64,000 nucleotides of DNA from Tubulanus polymorphus. Taxonomy: Eukaryota > Animalia > Nemertea. The notes below the pieces were generated by a model, which made no database searches, was not told the DNA's origin, and saw only the letters and a program-made list of their open reading frames with translations. The stretch covers positions 6,348,231-6,412,230 of the forward strand of contig NC_134033.1 of the NCBI RefSeq assembly GCF_964204645.1, given 5' to 3'. Shown here piece by piece: positions 61,842-64,000 of this stretch; positions within the stretch are counted from its first letter, which is position 1; each line of letters opens with the position of its first letter. A program made the translations under genes and the position numbers.

Positions 61842-62725
61842 TAGCGGTTGTTTTATCAAACCGGTGCATGTACGTTTACATGCCTAGACAAGCGGGAGCT
61901 GGCTTTTATATCCAGAGCAATCGTATGAATAATCTATGTTATGAATAGAATCCATGACCTGTCGTTAACGGCCTTCACCTTGGTCCCGTCTGAATGTCCT
62001 TTCAGTCAGTTGTCGGAGTTTCGAATTGTTCAGGCGTTGAGCATTGACGTTGTTGGTAGTGTATTAGTTCAATGGTGGTCAAACAAATACCCCATTGTCA
62101 GTGTCACACTAAATCCATGCGCGTTGTTCGATTTCGTCATTTCATCAGCATAAACTATGTATAGGCCTTCGATACTCTGGCTGATAGAGGACGTGTACAC
62201 ATGGTCTGACCTGCAACATGCAATATCAGAGCGATTAAAATCTTTATTGATTGTTGAGAAATTTATGTCAACACAATTTATCAGAAAATTAGATATTTCA
62301 CGTAATAATGTCCAATAAGACATACATTTTGAAAAGAATTTAATAAATGACCATGACGATTAAGAATTCGTCCAGGAATTCAGCTCTCTGGAAAGTTTAA
62401 GAAAAAAACTTTTGGCCTGAAATATTACAGACTTGTAATTCAAAAGTAGATTAGAGAGAATCATAGGAATGTAATTACCTAGAGATAGGAGAAGGAAATC
62501 GAAATGGTGACCGGTTTTAAAAAAAAGTCCTAAGATTTGCCTTTTTATTCTTTTGGCGATTAGGATCATTTTAAACCTCAAAAACGTTATAGAAAAATAA
62601 ATCTGTATTTCAATTTCAGTGAAAATGTTGGTTGACTTATAACGAATAACTGAGAATTAGCCTATGATCAGGCACCGTCTTGCTAAAAAGGTTGATGAAA
62701 TTTTGAAGTGTTAAATGATATCGAG

Positions 62726-63004
62726 CATCCTCCCCCGGCAGGGATTCGAACCTGATGGCATCGAGATTGCCATGGTACGAAACCCTGCCACACTAGATGG
62801 AGTGCGTTTTAGCCTGGGTTTCCCATTTATAGTTCTTTCCTGAAATTTACCTCAGCGATTATACAACGAGCAATCTGATTGGTGCTGCATTTCGTGCGGC
62901 AAAGCTGCGCATGTACCTGTGCACCCGGTCTGGTGTCGCAGGGGTTCGTGCCGTGGCTGAGTGTAGCGATGCCATCAGGTTCGAATCCCTGCCTGGAGAG
63001 GATG
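62726..63004. mobile_element. Mutator-type MITE with Pol III B boxes in both TIRs
   Basis: TIRs of about 75 bp, the outer 38 bp nearly perfect; perfect 9-bp TSD GATATCGAG (62717-62725 and 63005-63013). Confidence 0.8.
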
Positions 63005-64000
63005 GATATCGAGTAGCTCGCGCACGGTTGCCGTTAACGGTGGTGGGTCATTCTTTTCAATGGCTCGATGTTAGAACACAACAACGACCCATCCCTCGGG
63101 CTTTCGTCTCCTCTTCCATTGCAGTTACATATACATACTACTACCTTATTGTTACGCAATGACGCGGTCGGGTAAAGACGTTAATTACTTTCAGAATTAA
63201 ACGAGGGGATGGTCGTTATTTTGTCGGAAGTTCTATCGTGATCATTTACGCAGTAAAACGCTGGTGTAAGACCAGTGAGACGCGACTGAGACATTATCTA
63301 GTAGGTGGCGCAATAGGCCTACGTCTCAAACAACCGGTCACTGTTTTTAATGTCAAGGTTCATAGCGGTCCTTGAAGGCCGTGGAAAGTTGTGATTTATG
63401 ATAAGTACAGCTCGAATTGTATTGTCAGGTCTAGTGCACTGGTCTGTCGTAATTTCAACTCAACTGAAAACAATGATTGGACAATGGGAGCAGCGATTAT
63501 ATTTTTGATATAAATCCTTATGAATGTCATAGAATGGGATCGTTTATGGACTCTATGAACCTCAATATGTTGACATCTGTGTTGTGTGTTGGTGGTTAAG
63601 TGTTCACTTTTATTGCAATTACCCCATATTTTGATTTGGGAAAACATTGAAAAATCACCCGGTTCAAAAAAAAGAAAATTTGAGTTTCTGTTTAATGCGG
63701 GAAGCATGCGATTGACGCTGAAATAATGGCGAATGTCTGAGGGCTCGGATTCTAGCGAAGCAATCGGATCGGCGTCGACAAGTCAATGGTAGTTTTCGGA
63801 AACTGACAAGACTCTGCGTCTGGTTATAGTATTTAATTTCGGACTGCAATTTCATCTGCGGCTGATCGTGTTTTCCAGGTAATTGTAGTTTATTTCGCCA
63901 GTCCCCGTCGCAGTTATATACGAATAAACAAACGTGGCGTGCGCACGCTCAAAGACCGTGATCGATGCATACCTGGAAGAAGCGATCGACGCCGGGCTAG

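Noticed and set aside
62950-63004. tRNA gene suggested by A and B boxes
   Set aside because: No cloverleaf, the A-B spacing is too short, and it lies within a TIR.

Overview
This is AT-rich, intron-rich animal DNA, most likely from a lophotrochozoan-type marine invertebrate (inferred from the gene and repeat families). Five protein-coding genes can be reconstructed, all on the + strand: (1) a compact adhesion GPCR with an HRM domain, a degenerate GAIN/GPS and a 7TM region (2331-11212); (2) an intronless rhodopsin-family peptide/chemosensory-type GPCR (12861-14147); (3) UBXN7, 11 exons (20656-40987); (4) LTV1, 2 exons (43391-45195); (5) CHTOP, 8 coding exons (45907-54333). A CpG-rich promoter and non-coding first exon of a further gene probably lies near 57.4-57.8 kb. 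Mobile DNA is dense: a Penelope GIY-YIG fragment, a near-complete decayed RTE-X-like LINE, a truncated Mag-type Gypsy element with LTR and tRNA-Ser PBS, a Harbinger transposase fragment, tRNA-derived SINEs, Helentron-associated elements (HINEs) and many MITEs with 3-, 5-, 6- or 9-bp target-site duplications. The most notable observations are: HINEs whose 154-bp internal repeat carries a near-perfect CTCF consensus in each unit; a candidate poison splice acceptor with a perfect TACTAAC branch point in the CHTOP intron that probably corresponds to the autoregulated human intron; a Mutator-type MITE with Pol III B boxes in both TIRs; and a strongly enriched TAGGCCTA palindrome that behaves like an insertion footprint. 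All calls were made by eye with no database searches, so coordinates of degenerate repeats are approximate.
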